DNA of 56,118 bases, filler included, from Dugesia japonica (Eukaryota): NCBI GenBank assembly GCA_001938525.1. It is 4 parts of 4 records of this genome, joined end to end, with 100 filler letters (N's around TTAATTAATTAA, not from the genome) between each part and the next. Parts side by side here need not be neighbours in the genome. Positions count along the whole stretch, not along the records: positions 1 to 19,191 come from MQRL01301190.1; 3 more parts are not named here. One strand, 5' to 3'. A program made the position numbers and the translations under genes. Under the pieces are notes generated by a model. That model saw nothing but the letters and a program-made list of their open reading frames with translations. It searched no databases and was not told where the DNA came from. This document shows positions 1 to 12,750 of the stretch, one piece after another. Positions within the stretch are counted from its first letter, which is position 1; every line of letters starts with the position of its first letter.

Positions 1-559
1 GCATAGAATTGCGCGGCTTAACTTTGGGTGTCTAATGATACCAAACTTGTGACTGTACGTTAAGAATTGTAGATACGAAAAACAAAGAATTGATGACCTT
101 GAAAAAAACTTTTAATATCCATTAAAAAAAATAAAAAAATGAAAATAAATTTTAAAAAAATTCCAAAAAAAGAAATTTTATCAACGGAGGAGGGGTGCAG
201 TAGTGCTGACATGTCTCATTACTATAATATATTTAACTAACGAATGAATTTTTGCCTTAAAGTTAATGCTCGAGCATTATTTTATAAAAAATCTAATAAT
301 TATTATAAATTCTAATTGATAATAATTTCAAAATATTTTTAGAGATAAATCTGATCCAATTTTTTTTGGAGTTACTATATTTTCCATAGAAATTATTTAT
401 TTTTATTGAAAATTTTTATTTTTTGGAACCTCAGAATCCTGGATACCTCAGAATCCAGTCACATATAATAATAATTATTATCTATAATAACGATAACTAA
501 GATCATATAGTAAAACCATATTAGTGTATTATATAACATTTGAATAATTTTGTTTTTTA

Positions 560-1000
560 AAAAAACTCACGCAACTGTTGATTTGGGTTTGTAATCATCC
601 CGAATTCATCTCAACAGAAACGACTCTTTGAATTTTAAAATTATTTCGCAATCTTCTAAAACCATAAATATGTTTAGTCATAAGTCTAAAACACAAATTC
701 GATTCTNNNNNNNNNNNNNNNNNNNNNNNNNNNNNNNNNNNNNNNNNNNNNNNNNNNNNNNNNNNNNNNNNNNNNNNNNNNNNNNNNNNNNNNNNNNNNN
801 NNNNGGTGGAAGTAATATTGCTGAACATAATATTACTTGTAAATCAGTTATCATTAAAAATAATTTTAAAATTTTGTGCTGAAACTTTTAAGACTATTGG
901 GTGAGAGTTATGTGTAAGGCATTGATGATTAGATTAATTGATTTAAAAATAAATATTCAAACGGGTCTTTCCAAGTCTTTATTGAGTGTTTTTAACTAAT
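560..1000 (+). pseudogene. Penelope-like retroelement relic (C-terminal GIY-YIG endonuclease region)
   Basis: Translation across stops and a frameshift reads KTINMFSHKSKT..(gap)..GGSNIAEHNITCKSVIIKNNFKILC*NF*DYWVRVMCKALMIRLIDLKINIQ...LSVFN*. This matches the Penelope GIY-YIG C-terminal pattern (S.I.EH...NFKIL...EAL.I...LN.Q), and a hammerhead-like motif follows at 1122. Confidence 0.7.
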
Positions 1001-1121
1001 ATGATTTATTGAAGAGATTGAATAATTGATTGCATAATCATAACTTTTAATATATGAGCATTTTAAAAAGGATTAAAAATTGCTTTAAAAAAGGATTTTA
1101 AAAAAAAATTAGAAATTACAT

Positions 1122-1154
1122 CTGAAGATGACAGATATTCTGTCAAAACATGTA
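1122..1154 (+). ncRNA. Degenerate minimal (PLE-type) hammerhead ribozyme motif
   Basis: CTGAAGA-T, a perfect 6-bp stem II GACAGA/TAT/TCTGTC, then AAAAC-AT-GTA (core GAAA mutated to AAAA; palindromic ACATGT helix III). It lies just 3' of a Penelope-like relic. Stem I is not evident. Confidence 0.55.
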
Positions 1155-1474
1155 TTACAAAAATATATCTTAAAATGGCGTTTTAGAGTTTAAATAATTT
1201 TTTGTCAAATTTTATTATTAAAAAACCTGTAATCTTTTGTAGTCTTTTAAACGTTTAAATTTTAATGTAACTTAATTAGGAAATTAAATAAATTCGAAAA
1301 TACTAAATTTTTTTGATCGATTGTTTTAATTAACCTTTGAAGGTCACTGATGGAAAACCTGAACAAATTTGATTTTGAAAATTCTTAGAATTAAAAGTAG
1401 TTTATTATTTAATACGTGTTTTCTGATATTATTTATAGGTTTATTACTTTCAAATTCTAGTATGATAACTTGAA

Positions 1475-4400
1475 ATGGCATATTACAATCGAAATTATAG
1501 TTAAACATTATTGTATTCATTTATTTTTCTTAGTTTTATTTAGATACGAATAAAAATAATACAAATTATAAAGATGAATTTGGTGGTAAGCAATTAATTA
1601 TTGAAAATGACACTTCAGGAACTAATAAATTTCAAAACCAAGCCGTAAATGCGAGACCTTACTTCAATTTAAATCGAAATTTATCAAAGTAAAAATAGTT
1701 GCTTTTTGTTATTATAATAAATATTCGAATTTTCAGTTAACTTTTTCACCACACTTGGATTATTTTCATTTAAATTTACACAAAATTGTTCAATTCAATC
1801 GCACAATTTTAATTATTGCTGTGGTTGAACCATTGTTAATTTAATCAATTATGTTTCTAGGAATTTATTCAAGCCTATAGAACTCACAGGAATTGAAATA
1901 TGGAATAATCTGGTAACTTGCTCTTGTAGAGTAAAGTGCTTTCGCGTGTCTTTTGATTTTTCGATTGTATATTTTGTTGTATTTTCTATTTCATTAACAA
2001 AACGAATTTAATCTTGAACTCCATTCTCATTTTCTCCTTCATTTCTATTTACGCTGATGTATTGTAATCACCTTGTTTTTTCTTAATTTTTGGTCAGACT
2101 CATTGGTAAAAAGTTATTAAATATTTAAAACATTTTTAATAGCATAATACTGCCAATTTTAAATATACAGTTTTAATAATAAATAATAAATCTGAAAGAA
2201 ATAAGGAGAAATTCAAATAAATTCATTACGAAAAGAGTTAGCAAATGCTCATAAAAAATTCGCAGAATTAATGAAGAGAAGAAAAAAGCGTGCTCGATAT
2301 GCAAACAGATTTATATAAAAATAAAATTGATAAATTACCAAGCGACTGATTTGCAGTAGGCAAATACAGGTTTTAATGAAAAGAAGGCTAGAAATATAAA
2401 AGAAAAATAGAATTATAAAATTTTTCAAAATAAATTATAACAATTTACCAGGGGGCGGGGTTGACGCAGAGTGCTTTCGATTAGAGAATTAAAAGTAGAA
2501 TATAAAATATTTCAAGAACCAGTGTTTTCTTAACGGTAAATTAATAAAACGAGAAATTTGATTCTATGGTAGACGGTTCCAATTTATTTATTGGAATCTT
2601 CTATTATAGAAAAGAGAAACGAAATGCATTAAAATTGATAACTATATTTTTTATGTAATCACTTTTAGCTTTTTAATGAATATAAAATCATCTTTTCGCT
2701 TCCTTCAGCTGACAGGGATTGGAATCTCTGATGATTTCCACCACACTCGATGAACCAAACATATCACCAAGCTTTGAGATAGCTAATGATTATCTTACCA
2801 GATTAGATAGTAATCTTCGAGCTAATGAATATAATCAAAAACGACATATAATAATATACTAATTACTTTAAACACACTATGCTCAGCATCAAATAATGAC
2901 CAAGAGGAAATATAACTATAAAACTACCATTCTTGGAAGGAGCTAAATAATTAAAATTCTCACTTATGAAATATTTTGATGATAATAAATTTAGATTAAT
3001 TTTAACTTTAAAAAAACTTCCAGTTATTTAGGCAAAAAGTCTGCTACACCAAATGCGAACATGATGTATCCATTTAATTGTAACTGATGTGATGCTCCAT
3101 ACATTGGAGAGACAAAGCGTCATATTCATACACATGCCAGTTAGCTAATGCAATTGAGTAGAAAAAGTGCGGTTTTAAATCATGGTTGTTGTTACAAAAA
3201 TAGAAGAGACAAAATAAGCATCGATAAGTTCACAGTTTCGAACAGAGATTGTGGTAATTATTTATAAAAAAGTTGCGTGCGAGGCTATGAGTATTAGGTC
3301 GCATAGTACTCAGATTGACAAACATTTACTTTTAAATTTATTTTAATTATATTTTATTTGATTGATTACGTAACAAATTTTCTTGACCATACATACACTT
3401 TCCTTGATATTTTACAACAGTAACTGATGATAGACATAGATTTGTCCGAAACATATCTTCCTTAAAGCTTTTAATTTTAATTTAAAAATAAAGCTATTTA
3501 AAATAATAAGGCGTCGAAATTCAAAACTGATTCATGTGCAAATATTTTTAAAAAGTTTGTTTTTAGTGATTTTCAGAAAATTGTACGTAGAAGCGAGATT
3601 TGTCGAAAAACTAAGGCTACAAAATCTAAAACAAAACAAACAGTAAAGAAACTAGAAGCGACCTAAATTATACTTATACACGTGTGTAAACCCAATAAAA
3701 AGCAAGAATGTAAGGTTTACCTTGCTATCAAATATTATTATTATTATTTTTATTATCATTATTATTAATATTATTATTATTATATTAATGAGTACATAGT
3801 TTTTCTGTACAAAAATTTTGCCATATTTTAGATCAAATTATTCATTTCAATTCATTAAAACTGTAATGTTGTCATTAGTTGATTCTTCAAACAATGATAA
3901 TTTTGCTGAAAATCTCCTTGACATCTCCTTACATTTTGAAAGGTTTTTAAATGAAATCCAAAGTCAAGATAAAGAAATCATAATATTGATAATGGAATTT
4001 TCATTAAAAGCTAGTAAAAATGAATTAATGGAAAACAATTTCAGAAGATATTTGCAAATTTTAGTAAATTCTGATTTTTTGAAAAATAAAATCGACAATT
4101 TTATCAGTAATGAATTATATAAATCTTTTGATTTGAAACTTTTGCCTTTGTTGTTATCATTTTTCAAATTACTATTGATAACTGTTCCCGGATTAGTTTA
4201 CGATATTCTATTTCCGCGAATCGAAAATATTAACTTAATGGTGGAAAATATGAGAAACAACAATCAAAATATACCTGAAGAAATTTCATGTGGAATTCAA
4301 GAATTGAAACTGTTGACTTCATCGTATTGTTCAATAACGAAAATTCGATTTTCCAATACAATCAATCAAAATATGGAACCGCCTGATGACTTTCGGAAGT

Positions 4401-7400
4401 TTAGTATTTATCCAACGAAAAAAGATTTATTAGATTTGACTAACATGGAAGTTTTCCTCCGTAAAAATAAAATTGTTGGGGCTTACAAATCTGTTGACGA
4501 TTATCTAGATATTCAGTTTCGTTTGATGCGTGAAGACTTTATCCAACCAATCAGAGATTGCCTTATTCAGTACACGAATCCATCTAATAAAAAGCTTTTT
4601 ACCGTGAGATTCTATAAAAATGTTTCCATAATAAGTTCACTTCCGTCCAAAAAACATGGAATTGTACATGTTTTGAAATTTGATTGTTCTCATTTCAAAA
4701 ATTTCAAATGGGAGAATTCAAAGCGATTGTTGCATGGTTCATTTCTTTGTTTGTCAAATGACCATTTTGAAACAATTCTTTTTGCAGAAATTGTAGACAG
4801 AAATGTCAAATTATTGAAAAATGGATTATTTAAAGTTAAGTTTGATAATTTTAATTTTAATCAGAACAAAGTTTATACCATGTTGGAGTCTTCCATTTTA
4901 TTTGAAAGTTATAAGCATATTCTTCTTAAACTTCAAGAAACAAATGAAGAAAACCTGCCGATGAAAGATTATCTTGTTTACGCTGGTAAAGAAATAAAGT
5001 TACCATCTTATTTGATACATAATTCTCAGTTGAAATATTCAGTTAATGGAATAATAATAAATCCCGGTTTGAAAGGTTGTGATTGGCCAACTGCCGATGA
5101 ACTATTAATGGATCAGTCTCAATTAGAGACATTTAGAAATGCTGTAACAAATGAATTAGCTATTATTCAAGGTCCTCCAGGTACAGGAAAAACATTTCTT
5201 GGTTTGAAAATTTGTAAAACTTTAATGGAAAATGTTCAAAAAATAAAAACTTTGGAAGGAATAAATTTTGGACCAATATTAATAGTTTGTTATACAAATC
5301 ATGCATTAGATCAATTCCTTGAAGGAATATTAGAATTTTCTGAGAAAATTGTCAGAATCGGAGGTAGGAGTAAATCAGATAAAATCAAAGATTATCTAAT
5401 TTCGAATTTGAAAAATAATTCCATGTTTCAAAATAATAAATCGATAATTGACAATCAAATCTTTGAAGTTAAACAAGAATTCATTTCTTTACAAGCAGAA
5501 ATAAGTTTATTAAAAAATCATTTGGTAAATTCGCAATATATTAAAGATAAAATTAACCATAAAAATTCTGAAACTTTCGATGATTTTGAAGTAACTAATT
5601 GGTTGACAGGATTACCAACCAAAGAAAAATTATCGATGAAAATTATAATTATCAATAAGATAATTGAAAATTTATTTGATGAAGAAATATCGAATAATGT
5701 TCAATATGTGGTTTATGAAGCTTACAACGATAATTCTAATGAGAAATTCAATATTAGAAATGATGATGATACTTTTATTAATGATGAACGATTATTAGCA
5801 GCAGATGAATATGACATGAAAGCTTTAAATTACCATTACAATAGTACATATAAATCTTTAAAAAGGAATCATTTTGATTCAAACTGTTCTAAAACTGATA
5901 GAAATTTATATCAAATATTTTTATCTAAGAATGATAAAATGAATGAAAACGAAATAAATAGTGTTGTTTCTTTATATGATTTGAAATTCTTTGATAGATG
6001 GAGGCTTTATCGCTATTGGAATTCAATATTTATTTCATCCATTAAGGAAAAACTTGAAGCAATTGAAGAAAAATACAGAGTTCTAAATGATCAGTTTAAT
6101 GAAATAAATTTTGAGGAAGATCGAAAATTAATGGTCGAGCAAGATATCATTGGAATGACAACAACTGGAGCAGCACGATATGGCAAAGTATTAGCACAAA
6201 TTAAGTGTAAAATAATTATTGTTGAGGAAGCTGCAGAAGTATTAGAAAGCCATATTATTGGATCCTTAAATGATGGATGTGAACATTTGATCTTGATTGG
6301 TGATCACAAACAGTTGAAACCAAACCCTGCTGTGTATGAATTAGCCAAACGATACAATTTAGATTTGTCTTTGTTTGAAAGATTGATCAATAATGGATTA
6401 CCTTACACCACATTAACCATACAGCATCGGATGCGACCGGAAATTGCTGAAATTATGAAATACATTTATGTAAATTTAGAAAATTCTCGATCAGTCTATG
6501 AATACTCTGATGTGCCTGGTTTGAAGACAAACTTATTTTTCTTTGATCATTGTCAGCTTGAAAGTTTAAATAATGAACTAATGAGTTATTATAATACATT
6601 TGAAGCATCTTTTGTGTTTAGATTTTGTCTGTATTTAATACAGAATGGAATTGAAGGTTGCAACATTACAATTTTAACTCTTTACAGTAGTCAAATGTTG
6701 GAAATCAGACAAAATATGAGTGATGAAGTTTTTGCAGAAGTTCGAATTTGTGTAGTTGATAACTATCAAGGAGAAGAAAATGATGTTATTTTATTGTCTC
6801 TTGTCAGATCAAATGAAGAAGAAAAAATAGGGTTTCTAAGTATCGAAAATCGAATTTGTGTCAGCTTATCAAGAGCCAAACATGGTTTGTTTGTATTTGG
6901 TAATTTCAATATTTTATCCAGTCAAAGTTTATTGTGGAGGAATATTTGTAGAGATTTGACAAGCAAGAATCTTTTGGGACAGAAATTGAGTTTGTTTTGT
7001 CAAAATCATCCGGAAAAAATTCATTTAATTTCTCAACCGAGTGATTTTGATCAATGTCCTGAAGGTTGTTGCAATGAAATTTGCGGTCAAAGATTGGATT
7101 GTGGTCATGCGTGTAGAAGATATTGTCATGTTCTAGATAAATATCATAAAAATTATCAATGTATGGAAAATTGTGTGAAATTTTGTATAAATGGGCATCC
7201 ATGTCTATTGAAATGTTTTGAACAATGTGAAATTTGTCAAGTTGAAATTGTCAAAATTTTGCCGAAATGTTTTCATGAAAAATCAATGCCGTGTTATGAA
7301 AAACCGCAACATCAAGATTGTGACATTATTTGTAATCGGACTTTAATTTGTGGACACATTATTGAACAGAGATGTGGAGATAAATCTAAAATTTGTTCAA

Positions 7401-10400
7401 TTCCCGTAACAAAAATATGCGATAAATGTGGTAATGAAAAATTGTATGCATGTTACCAGAAACCATTGTGCGGTGAAAATTGCGTAAAAATTTTGTCATG
7501 TGGTCATCCATGTAAGTTGAAATGCCATGAACTTTGTGGTTATTGCGAAGAGTTGATAAATAAACGTATTCCTGAATGTAATCATGAGCAAATGTTTCCA
7601 TGCTATAAAGTTCCAGAACATAAAGACTGTAAAATGACTTGTGAATTCACTCTTAAATGTGGTCATACTGAATCAGGATTTTGTAAAGATAATGGAAGAA
7701 TCGATATTTACAAATCATGGTTCAATAGATGTAAACAGGTATGTATGAAATCATGTTCAAATGGTCATCCTTGTCAACTTGAATGTTTTGAGTCATGCAA
7801 ATGTAAAGTTTTAGTTTCAAAATGTATTCCTGGATGTAATCACGAAGAAATGTTTCCTTGTTATATGATTCCAGAATCAATGGATTGCAAAATAAAATGC
7901 GAATTTACTCTAAGTTGTGGACACACTACTACTCAATTATGTGGAGATACCGCAATTATACGTATGGAAAAATCGAAATCATATATTTGCTACGAGAAAT
8001 GTATGAAGTTCTGTTCAAATGGTCACCCTTGTCAACGTAAATGTTATGAGTTATGCAAATGTAAAGTTTTAGTTTCAAAACGTATTCCTGGATGTAATCA
8101 CGAAGAAAATTTGCCTTGTTATAAGATGCCAGAATCAATAGATTGTAAAAAAAAATGCGAATTTACTCTAAGTTGTGGACACACTACTACGCAATTATGT
8201 GGAGATACCACAATTATACGTATGGAGAAATCGAGGTCATATATTGGTAAAGATGAATGCATGATGCCTTGTACAAATAGTAATCCTTGCCTACTTAAAT
8301 GTTTCGAAAAATACCGTTGTGAAGTGTTGGTTTCAAAAGTTATTCCCGATTGTAAACATGAACAAATGTTACCTTGTTATAAAGTCCCGGAGGCGAATGA
8401 TTGTCAAACAAACTGTGAATTTATTTTACCATGTAATCATACAACTTTGAAAATTTGTGGTAATATTAAATTAATAAAGGATATGGAAATAGGAATCTAT
8501 AAATGCGAACAAAGTTGCAGCAAAATTTGTAAAAACGAACATTTGTGTAAACTGAAATGTTATGAAGTTTGTAAGTGTGAAGTCCTTGTATTAAAATTGA
8601 TTCCGAATTGTAATCATCAAAGCAAATTTCCGTGCTATTTAGACCCAAAACCTAATGATTGCATAGAAAAAATTCAATTTACTAAGTCGTGTGGGCATAC
8701 TGGCATAAAGACATGTTTTGAAGATTCATTGGGGAATAAGCAGTTGGAATTGCTAGAATGTAATGAATCTTGTCCACTCTCATGTGTTAATGGCCATCCT
8801 TGTACTGGAAAATGTGGAAAAACTTGTGTACCATGTCAAGTTATAATACCTAAATATATTTCCGAGTGTAATCATACTCACCAAATGGCTTGTTATAAAG
8901 GTGATCGTCCAGATGAATGTAAAAGTAAATGCAATCGCTATTTTCGATGTGGACATTATTGTATTGGTCTATGCGACAGAAAGTGTCAGCCATGTTTAGA
9001 AGATGTTCGAAAGACATGTACTGAATGTGGAAATGTAAACATCTGCAAATGTTCCGAAAGAAAAAATGAATGTCTCTATCCATGTAAAGCAGTGCTTGGT
9101 TGTGGACATGAATGTGTTGGAACATGTAGTTCATGTAGACAGTTCCACAAATCCTGTGAGAATATTATTGATGATAAATTAGCATGTGGCCATGTTGTTA
9201 AAACAAAATGCAATGCTGAAAATCTACCTTGCATGAATGAATGTAATGAGGCATGCATTCATTTAAAATGTTCCAAACGATGTTCTGAAGAATGTATTGA
9301 TTGCCTTGAAAAGTGTTCTTGGAGTTGTGATCATTACCGTTGTACCAATCTTTGTCATCAATTTTGTAATAGACCGATTTGTGATAATAAATGTTTGGAA
9401 ATTGTTTTCTGTCAACTTTGTAACAAAAACTTTTCTTGTTATGGAGTTTGCGGCGAAATATGTAGACAAATTTGTCCTATGTGTGATCCTTATTTAAGAC
9501 ATTTGAAACTTACAAATTTAAAATCTCAAAAATTTATCACATTAAGAACTTGTGATCATACATTCGACTGTGATGTTTTAGATAAATTTATGAATAGTCC
9601 TAATAAAGATGGTAATATAGAATATAAAAAATGCCCAAAATGCTCAAAAATCATCAATAATAGTAGTTGTTTTCGATATTCTAATTTGATAAAAATTATT
9701 TCTTTGGATATTAGAAGGACTCATAAGTTTTTTATTGACGGTCATAAATCAAATTTATTATCTTTGTTTCTTGCAAATCTAAAAGAAAATTCAGAAATAT
9801 TTGAGTTTTATTCATATTTAAATGTGGAAAATTATTTTACTAAATTAATAAGTAGTTCGGAATTTTTCACAATGACCAATTTTGACGTTATAAAATTTGA
9901 AATTTCTCTCAATCTAGTGAAAAAAATTCACGAATATTTTTTCGATTTCATTATTGATGAAATCGATTATGGTATTTTCTATTATATACGGGACTCGTTG
10001 GTTCATTTATTAAATTGCTTGGATCCGTTCAAACGAACATTTGACCAATTTGAAATTGATGCTTTCAAAGCACAATTTTTTCGATTGCGATTCTTGGCGA
10101 ATTTGTTCACTGAAAACTATTTTAAAATTCCGGAAGTTATAAGATTGGAACTTATTGATGAATTGAAAAAAGACTCAAAATTTTCTCGAAATTTTGCCGA
10201 TCCATCTCTCAAAAGTATTTTCTGTTATGTGGAAAAGATTTTCTTTTCACACGATTTAAAAAACTTTGATCTAATGGCTTTAAATGAAGGATTGGTCAAT
10301 AATTTACATAAAGGTCAATGGTTTAAATGTAAAAAAGGTTGCTTTATTTTAACTATTCTGTCATTTTTAATGATTATTTAGGACATTATTTTATGAGATT

Positions 10401-10470
10401 TCAAAATTCCAAAAATAAGATTTGTAGTCAATGTTTAAAAAAAGAAAATATTGATTTTATTCATATATAG
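1475..10470 (+). CDS. ZNFX1: NFX1-type zinc finger-containing protein 1 (UPF1-like SF1 RNA helicase, NF-X1 zinc-finger array, RING-like domain, RZ-type finger); exons 1475-1499, 1544-1688, 3832-10337, 10382-10470
   Basis: Motifs seen are PPDDFR..IYPT, YLDIQFRLMREDF, Walker A IQGPPGTGKT, CYTNHALDQFLE, IVEEAAEVLE, LIGDHKQLKP, QHRMRP, VDNYQGEEND and VSLSRAK, then a long Cys/His array, C-x-H..CPKC and WFKCKKG|HYF..CSQC. The GT-AG introns (1500-1543, 1689-3831, 10338-10381) join in frame to give 6765 nt. The two 5' exons are less certain than the core. Confidence 0.92.
2650..3350 (+). pseudogene. Penelope-like retroelement relic (RT thumb/GIY-YIG) inside ZNFX1 intron
   Basis: Reads KSATPNANMMYPFNCN*CDAPYIGETKRHIHTH (GIY-YIG motif), then SAVLNHGCC...ISIDKFTV...VACEAMSIRSH...LLLNLF*, with stops and frameshifts. 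Confidence 0.8.
3424..3457 (+). ncRNA. Degenerate minimal hammerhead ribozyme motif at 3' end of Penelope relic
   Basis: CTGATGA-T-AGACA/TAGATT/TGTCC-GAAAC-AT-ATC. Both catalytic boxes are intact and stem II is GACA/TGTC. Helix III has a mismatch and stem I is not evident. Confidence 0.55.
7742..8257 (+). repeat. Near-identical 258-bp (86-aa) tandem duplication within ZNFX1 zinc-finger array
   Basis: Units starting at 7742 and 8000 share long identical runs such as tgcaaatgtaaagttttagtttcaaaa and gaatttactctaagttgtggacacactactac. More diverged units flank them. Confidence 0.9.
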
Positions 10471-10577
10471 TGTTACATTTGCATATCATAATTGGAGCTT
10501 ACAGAAGAATTTCATTTTATTGCTGGAATTTGTGTTTTTATATAGTTGAAATTTATCAAATTTATTATTATTATTAT

Positions 10578-10900
10578 TGTGGTTGAATGGATAAATACAA
10601 ATTTAATTAAAATAAGTTAACAATAATAATAAAAAGATAGAGAATAAAATCAAAATAATACCTGAATTAATGCCCGCGAAAGTGAAAAATGAAAATGAAC
10701 AGCTTTTTATACCCTTTGAAAATCAATTGATCATTAATCAGGTTGACATGTGTAAACTCAAGGGTCTGTTCATTATCAACGTCCAGCAAGGAAAATAAAG
10801 GAAATTCGAACAATTAATTAATCTCCATTTGACATGATAAACAAGAAAATCGCCTTTTAGTTTACATGGAGTAAATATAAGAAAAATCATTGAAAAATAA
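10578..10900 (-). mobile_element. Probable solo LTR fragment
   Basis: The minus strand has a TATA-like GGGTATAAAAAGC (10702-10714) and ends ...CAACCACA directly against an (AAT)n tract. The 5' boundary is not defined. Confidence 0.3.
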
Positions 10901-11699
10901 AATTAAATATTTTATATTATAGCAAAGAGTTAATTAAGTAAAAATATTAATTATGTATAAAATATCATGTAATATAAATAACTATGAACATAAAGATGTT
11001 TATAGATCAATTAAATAGGTATAATATCAGATTGTAGTATTGATAAAGGCTAAGCAATAAAAATGTATATAAAATGATAACTTTCTAAAATAACATAAAA
11101 ATTAAAAGAATAGTTAATTATGCTTAAAATGATTATTAAACATATTAAACTAGATTTTTATATTACCATGATGTAAATACTAATGCACAGCTAATTAACA
11201 AAGTGCAGTAATATTAATATAATTTTTATAAAAAAAAATCACTAAACTTGAATAGAATTGGTATCATGACTATGAGTATCGATTCATGAATTTCGGATGT
11301 CTGAGATTTTTAAATTTTTATATTTAATATTGGTTTTTTTGTAATTTTTAAAATATAAAATTTTAAAAATTNNAAGGTTGAAAAATAAATAAATATATAT
11401 GTAAAACAAAGATATTTTAAATTAAAGTTAAAATTTTACATGGTGTTAAATTATAAAATTATTTTCTAAAATGAGATTTAAAAATAATTATTTTGGAATT
11501 TCAAAAACCAATATTTTTGAAAAATATTTTATTAAGATTTGTTTGAAATTTGTGAATTGTTATTTCATATTTTTATTTTTAACAAAATTCTTGTAATAAT
11601 CAATAAACAATTTATGGAGACTTGTGAGACTTTAAATTTAACTAATAATGACAATGCTGCAAATAAACAGGGGTCAAAGTAAAATAAAGATGTCAAATT

Positions 11700-12750
11700 T
11701 TAAAAAACGTAAATCGGACTAATTATAATAGAATTACAAATCTTTCTAAAATGACAAGAAGTCAATCTCATGAATGATTTTGTTGCTATGCAGTATAAAT
11801 GGGATTGGAGCGACGAAGCTTTAAAGAAATAATAAAATAATGTATCTCGTTAGTTTAGTGGAGGTTATAGACAAATGTTATTAACAATTTGAGGTATTTT
11901 AAAATTCGAGGGGTTCAAACCCATATCTGTCTGTAGGATTGAAAATTAAGAAATTAGTATGCGACCAGTGAGAGATCTGTGTGACCAGCTTATTCCTATT
12001 GGATCTTTGAATTTGTAATTTTTTGTTCTTGATGACATTTTTATTGGTTATTATGTAAAGAGTATGTGAAGTATTACGAAAAACCTACTTTATTATAAGA
12101 AATTAGACAGGAAACAATTTTTTTAATAATAAATAAGCAGATTGTATTAAATAGAAAACCTGATATAGGAAAAACAAAACATTTAATATGTATCAAACTT
12201 CATATTCCAATAAAATTGATGAGTTATGAGAAAGCAAATAATAAAGAAATTATAAGACGGGTGGATTAATTAGGGAAGGAATTAACGGAATTTGTGATAA
12301 ATTAAATCAATTTGTAAAAAATTAGAACTGGCTGTGAAATAAACTCAACAAATTAAAACAAGAGACTCAAAAGGAGTATAAATACTGGCGAAAAAATTAA
12401 TAAATAAAACATTCAGAACAATTATTAAAACAATAAAAGAACAATTATTGGCAAAAGACGGAAAATTATCAATTAAAGACTCTCAGTAATCGTGCAACGA
12501 AAGAATTGTTAAGATCTAATTTTGGAGGATTGGAAGAAGGAGGACCTAATCGTATTTTCCACTTCTGAGTCAAACTAATACAAGGCAATACAATTTGCTA
12601 ACAATACTTACTCAAAAATAGAGTACTTTCAATAGTAGCTAAAATATAGGATAAAAAGGAAATATTATCCTAAAACCCCGTAAAACCGGAAGTTTCGGGA
12701 AAGAAAAAAGTGTTTTCCGATGTAATCAATACTAACCAGTAAATTGGTAT
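11700..12750 (+). pseudogene. Highly decayed Ty3/Gypsy-like relic
   Basis: Scattered motif remnants (WDWSDE, IRTGCEIN, INTGEK, KDGK, IQFAN). It shares AAGACGGAAAATTATC (~12455) with the relic at ~22157. Confidence 0.35.

Noticed and set aside
6906-9497. Small antisense/alternate-frame ORFs overlapping ZNFX1 (and similar ones over myosin and 14-3-3)
   Set aside because: These are shadow ORFs of real coding exons with no recognisable motifs.
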